Assembly: GCA_963848295.1 (NCBI GenBank)
Contig: CAWKDB010000010.1
Location: 1,312,001 to 1,376,000, forward strand
Direction: 5' to 3'
Origin: an uncultured delta proteobacterium
Lineage (GTDB): Bacteria > Myxococcota_A > Polyangia > Haliangiales > Haliangiaceae
Length of the DNA stretch: 64,000 bases
The position numbers and the translations under genes were made by a program. Positions within the stretch are counted from its first letter, which is position 1. Each line of letters begins with the position of its first letter. The notes below the pieces were generated by a model. That model was not told the DNA's origin and did not search any database. It was given only the letters and a program-made list of their open reading frames with translations. This document shows positions 21,110-31,183 of this stretch, in pieces.

Positions 21110-22425
21110 TCGCGCGCCTCGCGGCGTGCGCAGCGGTCGCGGTGATGTTCGCTGGCGCGCCGGCCCATGCGCAGTCGACGAAGTATCCGCCCGAGCCGGT
21201 CGACAAAGACCGAGACGAGGCGACGCACTCCCAGCTGTGGGAAGACGCGTTGGCCCCGGCGCGTCATCTATACGATCAGCTGCTCCGCGAAGGCAGCGAG
21301 CACCTCGAGCGCGGCGGCTCGCAAGAGCTCCAGCTCGCGCTCGAGACGTTCGATCGCGCGATCGCCCTACAACCGGCGGCCGGAGAGGGTTATGTGCGGC
21401 GCGCGATCGCGCACAGCGGGCTGCAACAGTGGGCCGCGTGTGCCGATGACTTTGTCACCGCGCTCGATCGCGGGCGAGTTGCCACCGTCGACGAACGCAA
21501 ACGCCTCGGCACCTGCCAGGCGCGCGCCGGCCGGCTAGCCGATGCCGAAGGAACGTTCGGGCAGATCGCTGCGGCGACGAACAACGCGGACCTCTGGCTG
21601 CGGCTCGGCGAGGTCCGGCTCGCGATGGGCAAGCTCGACGAGTCGGTCGCGGCGCTGCGCAAGGCCGGCGAGATCGGAGGCGGCGCGCTGCCGTGGTGGA
21701 TGCTCGCCGCCGCACGCGATCGCGCGCTCGAGCCGAGTAGCGACTACGTCGACACGACCGGTCATGCGATGACCGCAGCGCAGTACGCCGCCGCGCTCGA
21801 TCCATCGTTCTCGACGATCGTGAACCCGAGCACGCCGTTGCTCGCGGTCGGCGATACCGAGTATCTGCTCGGGCTCGCCTACAGCACGGCGCCGGCGATC
21901 GAACCGCAAGCGTATGTCGGTTTCGGCCGGCCGGTCAGCCGTGGCGCGCGACCGGAGTACGCGCTCGTCTACTTCCGCCGCTATCTCGCGCTCGTGCCAG
22001 AAGGTCCGTGGCGGCGGCGCGCCGAGGAGCACGTCCGCGAGATCAGCGCGCGCGAGCTGCCGTCGGAGGTGCGGCGGGTTCCCGGATCGAGCGCGCAGTT
22101 CGACACCGCCGCCGCCCGCGCCGAAGTGCATCGGCATCTGCCGGCGCTGCACGCTTGCCTCGCGAAGCTGCCCACCGCGGTGTTCGAGGTGACCATCACG
22201 AAGGTCGGCGCGCGCACCCCGGAGACCGTGCGCGATCATCCGATCTATCGCTTGCCGCCCGCGGGCATCAGCGTCGTGTGGTCACTCGACGTCGACGCCG
22301 CTGCGAAGCCCGAGATCGACGCCGCGACAGCCTGCCTCGAGACCGCAGCACGCGGGATCGCGCTGCCCGCGCCGACCGAACGCGACACATTCTATCGCGC
22401 CGCGTTCTACGTCGCCGCGCCCTAA
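21106..22425 (+). CDS. Secreted TPR protein with extra C-terminal domain
   Basis: GTG 21106 overlapping upstream stop; signal peptide; several TPRs; upstream part of the 1004-aa track ORF is spurious. Confidence 0.72.
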   Translation: MIARLAACAAVAVMFAGAPAHAQSTKYPPEPVDKDRDEATHSQLWEDALAPARHLYDQLLREGSEHLERGGSQELQLALETFDRAIALQPAAGEGYVRRAIAHSGLQQWAACADDFVTALDRGRVATVDERKRLGTCQARAGRLADAEGTFGQIAAATNNADLWLRLGEVRLAMGKLDESVAALRKAGEIGGGALPWWMLAAARDRALEPSSDYVDTTGHAMTAAQYAAALDPSFSTIVNPSTPLLAVGDTEYLLGLAYSTAPAIEPQAYVGFGRPVSRGARPEYALVYFRRYLALVPEGPWRRRAEEHVREISARELPSEVRRVPGSSAQFDTAAARAEVHRHLPALHACLAKLPTAVFEVTITKVGARTPETVRDHPIYRLPPAGISVVWSLDVDAAAKPEIDAATACLETAARGIALPAPTERDTFYRAAFYVAAP

Positions 22426-22427
22426 CG

Positions 22428-22512
22428 GGGGACGGTGTTCACTGTGACAACCGCGTCATAACGATTCCAATGTGTTGCACAGGATCTGGTTGTCAAAGTG
22501 AACACCGTCCCC
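22428..22512. repeat. 85-bp MITE/REPIN-like element with 25-bp terminal inverted repeats (copy 1)
   Basis: GGGGACGGTGTTCACTGTGACAACC...GGTTGTCAAAGTGAACACCGTCCCC (1 mismatch between arms); 77/85 identical to 42721-42805. Confidence 0.9.
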
Positions 22513-22514
22513 AG

Positions 22515-24929
22515 CTAGCCCTTGAGAAAGGCGACGGTGATGCCGTCGCCGCCTTCGTTGGGCTCGCCGGCGCGGAAGTTTGCGATCGAGCCGTGGCCGG
22601 TAAGGTGGGCGCGCACCGCGGCGCGTAGCGCGCCGGTGCCATGGCCGTGGACGATGAACGCGGCGTCGCGACCGGCGAGCAGGCTCTCGTCGAGGAATCG
22701 GTCGACGACGGCGACTGCTTCGTCGGCGCGCTGGCCGCGGATATCGACGGTCGAGTCGATCGTGCGCGCGGTGACGCGACGACCGGCGGGCACACCATCG
22801 ATCAGGACGACCGCCGGGCCATCTGGCTTGGCATCGGGGTCGGCCACGGCTTCATGCTCGGCGCGGCGAGCGGCGCGGTGCGAATCGAGTAGGATGTCGG
22901 CGATCGGTACGGTCGCGTGCATCGCTCCGAGCCGGACCTCGATCCGACCGTCGTGCGGCGCCGCGACGACCTCTGCGCGGCCGAGCTTCGGCACGATCAC
23001 CGGCGCACCGGGCACGAGCTGCTCGAGCCGCGGCGCGGTGCCCGGTAACTGGGGGCGCTTCGGCTCGTGCTTCGCGACCTGGGCGCCCGGCGTGACAAGG
23101 CGGCGCGTCGCGGTCCGGACGTCATCGGCGGTCGCGGCCTGCGCCTTCGCGCGAACTTCGCGGCGGACATCCTCGATCTCCCGGCGCGCCGAACGCAGCG
23201 CAGAGAGTGCTTCGCCATGTGCCGCTTTGGCTTGCTTCTCGAACCGCGCATGCGTGCGATCGCGTTGCATCCGATTCGCCGCACGCTCGGACTCGGCGGC
23301 CTCGAGCTCGGCGAGCAACGCGGCCCGCTCCTCCTCGAGCCGGCGGCGCTGGTCGGCGACGTTCGCGAGCAGATCTTCGACTTTCGCGATCGTCGGCCCC
23401 AACAGCTCGCGCGCCCGCTCGACGATCGGCGTGGCGATCCCCATCCTCTTCGCCACCGCGAGCGCGCCGGAGCTGCCGGGCTCGCCGAGGTGGAGCTTGA
23501 ACGTCGGCTCGAGCTTCTGCAGGTCGAACCCGACCGACGCGTTCGTGAAGTGCTCGGCACCGGCGCCGAGCGACTTCAGCCGATCGTAGTGCGTCGTGAT
23601 CAGCGCCGTTACCCCGCGCGCCGCGAGCGCTTCGAGCACCGCCTGCGCGAGCGCCGCCCCTTGGTCCGGATCGGTGCCCACCGCGATCTCGTCGATCAGC
23701 ACGAGCAGCCCGGGCTGCGCGGCGGCGAGCAGCTCTCGCAGGTTCACCATGTGGCCGGAGAACGTCGACAGGTCGTGCTCGAGCGACTGCGCGTCGCCGA
23801 TGTCGGTGACGATGCTCGGGAACCAGCCCATCGCGCTCCCGCTCTCGGCGCACAGGTGCAGCCCGGCGCGCGTCATCAGCGCCGCGAGCCCGACCGTCTT
23901 GAGCGCGACGGTCTTACCGCCCGCGTTCGGACCCGAGACCAACAGCGTCTGGCCCACCGCGACGGCGACATCGTTCGCGACGCAACGCCGCTCGCCGAGC
24001 AGCATCAGCGGATGGCGCGCGTGGAGCAACGCGATTCGCGGCGCGTCGTCGATGATCGGCTCGGCGGCGATCGTATCGTCGGCCATGATCGCGGCAGCGG
24101 CGACGACATCGATCAGCTCGCCGACGTCGAGCGCCCGCGTGATCGCATCGGCTTCTTCCGCGATCCACCCCGACATCTTGACGAAGATCCGCCGCTCCTC
24201 GTCGGCGACGTCGCACTCGGCGAGCTTCATCCGGTTGTTGAGATCGACGATCTCGTCGGGCTCGATGAACAACGTCTGGCCGCTCTGCGACGTGCCGTGG
24301 ACGATGCCGTGGACAAAGCCCTTGCCGTCGGTGCGCACCGGCAGCACGTAGCGGTCCTCGCGCTGCGTGTAATAGCCGTCTTGCAGGTACTGCGCGAATC
24401 GATCGTCGGTGAGCAGGCGGTCCATTCGCGTCTCGAGCTGCGCTTTGATCGAGGCGAGCGCACGCCGCAAGGGCCCGAGCGCGTCGCTCGCATGATCGAC
24501 GAGCTTGCCGGCGTCATCGAACGCGTCGAGGATCGGGTGATAGACGTGCCCCAGGTCGGCGAGCTCGTCGACGCGCGCCGCGAGTCGGGGCGCCGCGGCC
24601 GAATGCTCGCGAAGGTGAGTGCGCAGCTGCGCGAGCGAGCGACACGTCGCCGCAACGGCGACGAGCTCGGCCGCTTCGAGCGCCGCGGCCTTTCTCACCC
24701 GCTCGATCGCGCCCGCGACGTCCGAGATGCCGCCGAGCGGCAGCCTCGCATCGAGCGCGGCAAGATCGCGCGCTTCGGCGATCTCTCGAGCGCGCACGCG
24801 CGCATCGTCGGCGAGCTCGAACAACGCGCGCGTCTCCACCGCCGCCGCGCCGCGCTTGGTCGCGCACCGCTTCGCCCAATGACCGAGCAGCGTCGGCCAC
24901 CCCAGGTCGCCCAGCGTCTTGGCGCTCAC
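22515..24929 (-). CDS. mutS2: MutS2 family ATPase with Smr domain
   Basis: SGPNAGGKT Walker A, DIGDAQS...LSTFSGH, DEIAVGTDPDQG, TTHY, C-terminal DIRG...IVHGHGTGALR. Confidence 0.93.
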   Translation of the reverse strand: MSAKTLGDLGWPTLLGHWAKRCATKRGAAAVETRALFELADDARVRAREIAEARDLAALDARLPLGGISDVAGAIERVRKAAALEAAELVAVAATCRSLAQLRTHLREHSAAAPRLAARVDELADLGHVYHPILDAFDDAGKLVDHASDALGPLRRALASIKAQLETRMDRLLTDDRFAQYLQDGYYTQREDRYVLPVRTDGKGFVHGIVHGTSQSGQTLFIEPDEIVDLNNRMKLAECDVADEERRIFVKMSGWIAEEADAITRALDVGELIDVVAAAAIMADDTIAAEPIIDDAPRIALLHARHPLMLLGERRCVANDVAVAVGQTLLVSGPNAGGKTVALKTVGLAALMTRAGLHLCAESGSAMGWFPSIVTDIGDAQSLEHDLSTFSGHMVNLRELLAAAQPGLLVLIDEIAVGTDPDQGAALAQAVLEALAARGVTALITTHYDRLKSLGAGAEHFTNASVGFDLQKLEPTFKLHLGEPGSSGALAVAKRMGIATPIVERARELLGPTIAKVEDLLANVADQRRRLEEERAALLAELEAAESERAANRMQRDRTHARFEKQAKAAHGEALSALRSARREIEDVRREVRAKAQAATADDVRTATRRLVTPGAQVAKHEPKRPQLPGTAPRLEQLVPGAPVIVPKLGRAEVVAAPHDGRIEVRLGAMHATVPIADILLDSHRAARRAEHEAVADPDAKPDGPAVVLIDGVPAGRRVTARTIDSTVDIRGQRADEAVAVVDRFLDESLLAGRDAAFIVHGHGTGALRAAVRAHLTGHGSIANFRAGEPNEGGDGITVAFLKG

Positions 24930-24930
24930 G

Positions 24931-24955
24931 TTCGCTCCGCCCTCGGCGGAGCTAC
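24931..24955 (-). repeat. GTAG-tagged REP-like hairpin
   Basis: Minus strand GTAGCTCCGCC-GAG-GGCGGAGCGAA, 8-bp stem; single copy seen in window. Confidence 0.4.
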
Positions 24956-25004
24956 GCGTCGGGCCTTCACCCTCCTTGGCGCGCGGAGTCACAGCCGCGG
25001 AAGT

Positions 25005-25934
25005 CTACGCACCCGGAATCAGATCGGCCAGCGTCGGCACGACGCGATTGCGCCCGCCGTGCTTTGCGGCGTAGAGGTTCTCGTCGGCGCGCTTGATCAA
25101 GGTTTCGCCGTCGACATTCTCTCTGTGCAGGGTGGTCACCCCGAGGCTGATCGTGAACGAGATCGACTTGCCGTCGAACAGACACGGGCGCTCTTCGATC
25201 AGCGTGCGCAGGTGCTCGGCGAACACGACGCCGCCGGCGAGCGCCGTCGACGGCAGCACGCACGCGAACTCTTCACCGCCGTAGCGCGCGAACAGATCCT
25301 CGCGACGAATCCGCGGACGAATCCGCCCGGCGAGATCCTTGAGCACCGCATCACCGGCGAGGTGGCCATGCGTGTCGTTGACCAGCTTGAAGTGATCGAC
25401 GTCGAAGATGACGAGCGTGAGCGGATGGCCGTGACGGCTCGCGACCGCGAGCTCGCGCTCGAGGAACTCGAGGAAGTAGCGCTTGTTGTGGATCCCCGTC
25501 ATGCCATCCTGGATGGCCATGTTGTGAATCGCTTCGTGGTACGCGCTCTCGATGTTCGAGCCCGAAAGGAACTTGTAGATCGCGTCGCCGAACCGCACTT
25601 GATCCGCATCGGCGAGCTGTTGCGCCGTGATCCGCGATTCGTTGACGAACGTGCCGTTGGTCGAGCTCAGATCCTCGACCCACCAGTTGCCGGCTTCGTC
25701 GATGTAGAGCCGCGCGTGTTGCCGCGACACCGAGCTGCGGCTGACCACGAACCCAGCTTCGCTGTCGCGGCCGACGATGTACTGGGTCGACATCAGCGGG
25801 ATGCGCCGGCCGATATCGGGCCCCGGGGGGTGCAAGTTCACCAGGCAAGCGTCACCCGCCGGACCCTTTTTCTCAGGGGCGCCGAGAGGACGCTGCAGGA
25901 TCAGGGTCCCACCTTCGCGGTAGTCGTCGGTCAC
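25005..25934 (-). CDS. FHA-GGDEF diguanylate cyclase
   Basis: FHA VGR...SVSRQHA...DLSSTNGT; active site GGEEF with RxxD I-site (RREDLFARYGGEEF). Confidence 0.92.
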   Translation of the reverse strand: MTDDYREGGTLILQRPLGAPEKKGPAGDACLVNLHPPGPDIGRRIPLMSTQYIVGRDSEAGFVVSRSSVSRQHARLYIDEAGNWWVEDLSSTNGTFVNESRITAQQLADADQVRFGDAIYKFLSGSNIESAYHEAIHNMAIQDGMTGIHNKRYFLEFLERELAVASRHGHPLTLVIFDVDHFKLVNDTHGHLAGDAVLKDLAGRIRPRIRREDLFARYGGEEFACVLPSTALAGGVVFAEHLRTLIEERPCLFDGKSISFTISLGVTTLHRENVDGETLIKRADENLYAAKHGGRNRVVPTLADLIPGA

Positions 25935-25976
25935 GTCGCGGCCGTGGTTCGTTATAGCGCGGGGTACGACGTCGAT

Positions 25977-27254
25977 TCAATGGGTCGCGGCGACCTCGAA
26001 TGACCGCCGCGCACCGTCGGCCGTGGCGGAAACCGTGCCCAATAACAGCGCACCGAGCGCGGACCGGGCCAAGTCTTGCCGCGCGGGCGGCAGCAGGTCG
26101 ACGAACCGCGCGACCGCGTAACCGGCCATGGCGGCGATCGTGGCGACGACGAGCTGGCCAGCGAGCGCCCCGTCGAGCGCGGCGACCGCGGCGTCGCTCG
26201 TCGCGATCGACCCGATCGCGATGCAGTCGGCCCCCTCCCCTAGCGCGGCTGCGACACCCGACGTGAACGTCGCAGCGTGGTCACCGATCGTGCGCTGGCT
26301 GATGTACGGCGAGGCCGGGTGAAGGATCTCGACCCAGTCCTCGAGCACGACCGTGCGTCGGTGGCGCTCGCCGAGCGCGCGCACGATCGCGGCGAACGCC
26401 GTGGTCTTACCGGTGCCCGGGCCGCCGGCGACCAAGACCAGGCCGGGCCCGTCGAGCCATGACGCGACTGCGGCCAAGCCGAGCCGATCGAGCGGCGGTG
26501 GCTCGGCAGCGAGCACGCGCAGCGCCGCTCCCGGGCCGCGATGATCGCGAAGCAACGTCGCGCGCACCCGACCGACGCCGTCGCCGTACGCGAACGTCGC
26601 GGTCCCGCGCTCGGTCCACGCGGCCCGCGCTTCGGCAGGAGCGACGATGCCGAGCTCGCGCGATAGCGTCTCGGCATCGAGCGGCCCACGATCGCCTGCC
26701 GCGACGAGCTGACCGGCGACGCGCAGCGACGGTGGCGCACCCGCCGCGAGGTAGACATCGGTCGCGCGCTGGGCCCGTGCCGCGACCAGCAATTGATCGA
26801 GCAACGCACTACCGCTGGTCGCCACCGGCGCGGCTTCGCCGTCGTACTGGCCGCGCTCGATCACCATGTCCTCCATGCCGCCGGCCGGCGCGGTCGCGGG
26901 GCGAGGCGGTGCGCGATGGGGTGTCGGCGGTGGCGCCGCGACCGGCGGGGGGGCGACGGCCGGCGCATCGATCGTCACCTGCCACGCACCGGGCTTCGGC
27001 GCGACGTTCAACGCGTAGCGGATGCCGTTCGAATCGATCTCGAATTGCGCCGGCCGATGCTTGTCGATCTGATCGAGCACGGCCGGCGGCGCGACCTCGC
27101 GGACGAGCACGACGAGCTGATCATGCGGCGTGACCTGCGTCGCGTGGCGATCGCCGGTCGGAAACTTGAGCGTGATGCTCTGGCCCGACGCCAGCACGGC
27201 TCCGGCTGCGCCAAACCGTTCGATGCTTCGCAGATAGACGTCGATCTTCGGCAT
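25977..27254 (-). CDS. PilT/PilU-like ATPase with degenerate catalytic motifs and extra N-terminal domain
   Basis: ATDVYLAAGAPPSLRVAG, GPGAALR, Walker A GGPGTGKTT; Asp box, Walker B and His box altered. Confidence 0.75.
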   Translation of the reverse strand: MPKIDVYLRSIERFGAAGAVLASGQSITLKFPTGDRHATQVTPHDQLVVLVREVAPPAVLDQIDKHRPAQFEIDSNGIRYALNVAPKPGAWQVTIDAPAVAPPPVAAPPPTPHRAPPRPATAPAGGMEDMVIERGQYDGEAAPVATSGSALLDQLLVAARAQRATDVYLAAGAPPSLRVAGQLVAAGDRGPLDAETLSRELGIVAPAEARAAWTERGTATFAYGDGVGRVRATLLRDHRGPGAALRVLAAEPPPLDRLGLAAVASWLDGPGLVLVAGGPGTGKTTAFAAIVRALGERHRRTVVLEDWVEILHPASPYISQRTIGDHAATFTSGVAAALGEGADCIAIGSIATSDAAVAALDGALAGQLVVATIAAMAGYAVARFVDLLPPARQDLARSALGALLLGTVSATADGARRSFEVAATH

Positions 27255-27256
27255 GG

Positions 27257-27760
27257 CTAGGACAGCTCGGTGACTTGCACGATCTGAGTCTTGTTGACGA
27301 GGTAGTGCTCGTTCGCGGTCCACAACCGCACGAACCGGCCGGCGCCGTTGAGATGGTCTGCGACGCGCGGCCGATCGGAAGGCGACGAGTCGAACAGCGA
27401 GCCCTCGATCCGCCCACCCGCGACGAGCTCGACCGCGACGCGATGCTGGCGCTCGTAGAGCGTGATGACCTCGGACGGGATCTCGGCGAAGTCTTCGTCG
27501 TTATCGCTTGCGGCGTCGCGGTCGACCGCGATCCACGCGATCGCGTGCTTGCCGAGCAGCCGGACATCGCCATCGCTGCGGACCGGGATGAAGCCGGCTT
27601 CGGCGTCGAGCAGCGCCGCGATCGCATCGAGCAGCTCGCTGTGACCCTTGCGTGGAATATCGGCGACAAACAGCTCGACCGGATGCGTGGCCGCGCCGAC
27701 CAAGGTGAGCTGGACGTCGACCGCCATCGTCGGCAGCCTCAGCTCGCTCGATCGGTCCAT
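27257..27760 (-). CDS. Hypothetical protein (DUF6812-like, two similar small beta domains)
   Basis: Halves LLDAEAGFIPV...LLGKHAIAWI and HLNGAGRFVRL...LVNKTQIVQV; 2-nt gap to PilT-like gene. Confidence 0.55.
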   Translation of the reverse strand: MDRSSELRLPTMAVDVQLTLVGAATHPVELFVADIPRKGHSELLDAIAALLDAEAGFIPVRSDGDVRLLGKHAIAWIAVDRDAASDNDEDFAEIPSEVITLYERQHRVAVELVAGGRIEGSLFDSSPSDRPRVADHLNGAGRFVRLWTANEHYLVNKTQIVQVTELS

Positions 27761-27845
27761 CGTCACCGATGGTATCGCCCCCACGGATCGCACCGCAACC
27801 GGCCAACCACGATGCTGTCGGTCGATCGCGTCGCGTAGGCCGTCG

Positions 27846-30128
27846 TCAATTCGTCGAGCAGGTCATGCGCACGCCGAGCGGTTGGGCGAGGAATGCGAGG
27901 CCATCCGCGAGCTGGCCATCGTCGTCGTCGCCCCAGCACGTCACGCTCTGATCGGACATCACGGCGCAGACCGAGTCGCCGCCCGACGAGATGTCGCTCA
28001 CCCCGGCGAGCCCGGGGATCGGCACGGCCGAGCCGCGATCCGTGTACGTGCCATCGCCGACCGCGCCCTCGCCGTTTCCGCCCCAGCACGACACCGTGTT
28101 GTCCGCGTTCAGCACGCAGCTCGACGTCCAGCCGGCGGCGACCTTCTTGACGCCGGAGCCGAGGTTTCTCACGGGCATCGGGCTCGTGACGTAGTCGTTC
28201 CCCCCGGTGCCGAGGTTGTCGTCGCCGTTGTAGCCCCAACACGACACGTTGCCGGCGCTATCGCGCGCGCACGTCTGTGCGCCTCTCGCCTCGAGCTCGA
28301 CGATGCCCGCGAGCCCCGGGACCGCAGCCGGCATCGCGATCGGATCGCCGGTCATGCCGTTGCCGAGCTCGCCGCTATAGTTCGAGCCCCAGCACATCAC
28401 CGTCATGTCGGGGGCGATCGCGCAGACGTGGCTATCGCCGACCGCGACGCCGAGCATCGCACCGGTCGGCAACCCGCCGACCGCGATCGGCACGTTGCTG
28501 TCGCCGCTCGCGCTCGGGCCGAGATCGCCATAGGAGTCCTGGCCCCAGCACATCAAGATCCCGCCGACGATCGCGCAGCTCTCCTCGCAGCCGATCGAGA
28601 TCTGGCTCGCCGGACCACCGAGCGCGACCGGCGCGGGGAACGCGCGTTCACTGTTCGTGCCGTCACCGAGCTCGCCGTACTCGTTCTTGCCCCAGCAGCT
28701 GACATTGCCCGTGGCATCGAGCGCGCACGTGTGATCGCACGCTCCGACGACGGTCTTGATATTCGCGGTGCCGGCGACCGCGGTCGGAGCCACGACGGCA
28801 TCGATCACGACGCCGCTGCCGACTTGGCCGTCCTCGTCGTTGCCCCAGCACTGCAACGCGCCGCTGACGATCGCGCACACATGACCGCCGCCGAGCCCGA
28901 TGCCCGAGACTCCGGTCAGGTTCGCGACCGCGACCGGCGCGTTCTGGCTGAGGTGGCGGCCATCACCGAGCTGACCGCGGCGGTCGTTGCCGACGCAGTC
29001 GATCGAGCTCGCGCTGTCCATCGCGCAGGTGAAGTCACCGCCGGCCGCGATGTGCGCGACGTCAGGAAACAACGCGACACCCGGTGAGCTGCTCGAGGAG
29101 CCGCCGGTGTTGTCGAGGCGATTGTCGTCGCCGTCGCCCCAGCACCACATGAGGTCGTTGCTATCGACCGCGCAGACGTGCTGCTCGCCGACCGAGATCT
29201 CGACGATCGTCGCCGGGATGCCGAGCTTGACCGGCGACGACTGGTCGTTCGTCTGGCTGTTGCCGATCTCGCCCTCGCCGCCGTGCCCGAAGCAGTAGAC
29301 CGCACCGCCCGACGTGAACGCGCACGTCGTCGGATGTTCACCGTCGCCGACCGCGACGCCCGCGACGCCGGTGAGGCCGGGCACTTGAGTCGGCGTCGAT
29401 TGCGTCATCGGCCCGCCGGTCCCGAGGCCGAGCTGGCCGACCGAGTTATCGCCCCAGCACCACAGCGACCCGCTCGCGTCGACCGCGCACGTGGAGTCGC
29501 CGCCCGCCGCGATCGACTTCATGTTCGAGAGCCCAGAAACCTGTTCCGGCATCGCGTGATCCGGTCCGGACGCGCCGAGCTGACCGGCGTTGTTGTGGCC
29601 CCAACACCAGACGCCGCCGTTGACCACGGCACACGAATGCTCGTCGCCGGTCGCGATCGCGGTCGCACCCGCGACGCCCATCGCGGTGACGGCGACGCGC
29701 GCATCGCTCATCGAGCCATCGCCGAGCTGGCCCGAGTCGTTGTGGCCCCAGCACATGACCGAGCCGGCGACGACCGCGCACGTGTGGGAAGTGCCGGCGG
29801 ACAACGCGGTGGCTCCGGTGACTCCCATCGCCTGCACCGGCAGCGCGCGATCGGTCGTGGAGCCGTCGCCGATCTGCCCCGACTCGTTGCGGCCCCAGCA
29901 CCAGACGGTGCCGTCGTCTTTGCGCAGCGCGCACGCGTGCTGCTCGCCGGCCGCGATCGCGGTGGAGCAGGCCGGCGCGGGCGGCTGCTCGGGCACACAC
30001 ACGTTCTCCTGGCACACGTAGTCGGTCGGACACTCGCCGTTCGGACCGCAGTTGTAATACGTGCCGGTGTAATCGGCGTCGAGCGTGCACGCCGAGACCA
30101 ACGTTACGAGTAGGACGAGTTGACGCAT
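27846..30128 (-). CDS. RCC1-repeat lipoprotein (14 repeats)
   Basis: VSAC lipobox, Cys-rich N-terminal module, 14 HxCA...C(W/F/V)GxN..GQLG-type repeats counted. Confidence 0.9.
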   Translation of the reverse strand: MRQLVLLVTLVSACTLDADYTGTYYNCGPNGECPTDYVCQENVCVPEQPPAPACSTAIAAGEQHACALRKDDGTVWCWGRNESGQIGDGSTTDRALPVQAMGVTGATALSAGTSHTCAVVAGSVMCWGHNDSGQLGDGSMSDARVAVTAMGVAGATAIATGDEHSCAVVNGGVWCWGHNNAGQLGASGPDHAMPEQVSGLSNMKSIAAGGDSTCAVDASGSLWCWGDNSVGQLGLGTGGPMTQSTPTQVPGLTGVAGVAVGDGEHPTTCAFTSGGAVYCFGHGGEGEIGNSQTNDQSSPVKLGIPATIVEISVGEQHVCAVDSNDLMWCWGDGDDNRLDNTGGSSSSSPGVALFPDVAHIAAGGDFTCAMDSASSIDCVGNDRRGQLGDGRHLSQNAPVAVANLTGVSGIGLGGGHVCAIVSGALQCWGNDEDGQVGSGVVIDAVVAPTAVAGTANIKTVVGACDHTCALDATGNVSCWGKNEYGELGDGTNSERAFPAPVALGGPASQISIGCEESCAIVGGILMCWGQDSYGDLGPSASGDSNVPIAVGGLPTGAMLGVAVGDSHVCAIAPDMTVMCWGSNYSGELGNGMTGDPIAMPAAVPGLAGIVELEARGAQTCARDSAGNVSCWGYNGDDNLGTGGNDYVTSPMPVRNLGSGVKKVAAGWTSSCVLNADNTVSCWGGNGEGAVGDGTYTDRGSAVPIPGLAGVSDISSGGDSVCAVMSDQSVTCWGDDDDGQLADGLAFLAQPLGVRMTCSTN

Positions 30129-31174
30129 CAGAAGCCGCCTCCGAGGACAACGAGACCACCGCCGCTGATCGGCACCGCCGCGAGCCGAGCGCGCTCGCGA
30201 TCATGATGATCGGTGAGATAGAGGATCGCCGCCGTGATCGCGGTCGCACCCGCGACGCCCATGCCGATGTCGAACGACCACAGCTCGAGGTTCGCGCGAT
30301 TCTCGAGTGACTTCGCGTCGAGATACTGCCGACCGACACTCGTCGCGTCCCACTGAGCGAGCGTGTTGACGTCCGAGCGGCCGACAATGCCGAGGTACGT
30401 CGCGCCACCCGCGAGCGCGACCGTGATGCCGGTCCATAGCCACCACCTACCGATCAGCGGGCGGGGGTGATACGGCCCTGCCGGCTTGACCGGCTTCGCG
30501 CGCGCGACTCGCGTGTCTGCGGGTCGCGCTCGACCGACGATCACGAGCGGGACGTCGGGCGTGCCGACCTCGACGACGTGGTTCCCGTATTGGTCGAGCG
30601 CCGCGATCCGCAGATCGATGCGAGCGGCCTCCGGCAGCGGGATCACGATCGAGTCGATCCCGGCGCCGTCGATCGTCTTCTCCGGCTTGTCATCGGCGAT
30701 GAACACGACCCGGGCGCGCGTGATCAGGTGCAGGGGATCGTCCTCTATGACGAGCGTGACCTTCGGCGGATCGTCCGAGGTGTCGGCCTTGACCTTCACC
30801 GGCGGGTTCCGCTTCGAGAACTCGACCGCGAGCGCGAACGGCTTCGTGATTTTCGGCGACGTGCCCGCCGGCAACGCCCCGCGCGGATCGAGTGTGAGCC
30901 ACTTCTCGAACGCGGTGGTCGCGGCAGTCGGTTCGCCGAGCGCGGCGGCGACGATCCCGGAGAGCTTGTAGATCTCGGCGAGGTCGTCCGGCGACGCGTT
31001 GCCGGACTCGAGTGCGCTGGTCAGCGCGGCGCGCGCGGACGGATAGTCGGAGCCATCGACCGCCTTGCGGGCGTGATCGAGCGGCGAGGACTCGTCGGCA
31101 GACGCCCGACCGGCGCCGGCTGCGACGATCGCAGCGACGACGAGCCAACGCGTCGCCCGGCTCGGCGTGCCCAT
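30128..31174 (-). CDS. Secreted TPR-like protein with C-terminal hydrophobic segments
   Basis: Signal peptide, helical repeats, WWLWTG segment, ends GGGLVVLGGGF; TGATG overlap with RCC1 gene. Confidence 0.7.
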   Translation of the reverse strand: MGTPSRATRWLVVAAIVAAGAGRASADESSPLDHARKAVDGSDYPSARAALTSALESGNASPDDLAEIYKLSGIVAAALGEPTAATTAFEKWLTLDPRGALPAGTSPKITKPFALAVEFSKRNPPVKVKADTSDDPPKVTLVIEDDPLHLITRARVVFIADDKPEKTIDGAGIDSIVIPLPEAARIDLRIAALDQYGNHVVEVGTPDVPLVIVGRARPADTRVARAKPVKPAGPYHPRPLIGRWWLWTGITVALAGGATYLGIVGRSDVNTLAQWDATSVGRQYLDAKSLENRANLELWSFDIGMGVAGATAITAAILYLTDHHDRERARLAAVPISGGGLVVLGGGF

Positions 31175-31183
31175 CCGTGCAGT

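Noticed and set aside
19411..26003. Long alternative-frame or antisense ORFs (e.g. 19411-22425, 23067-26003)
   Set aside because: Arg/Ala-rich shadow ORFs expected in high-GC DNA, overlapping well-supported genes
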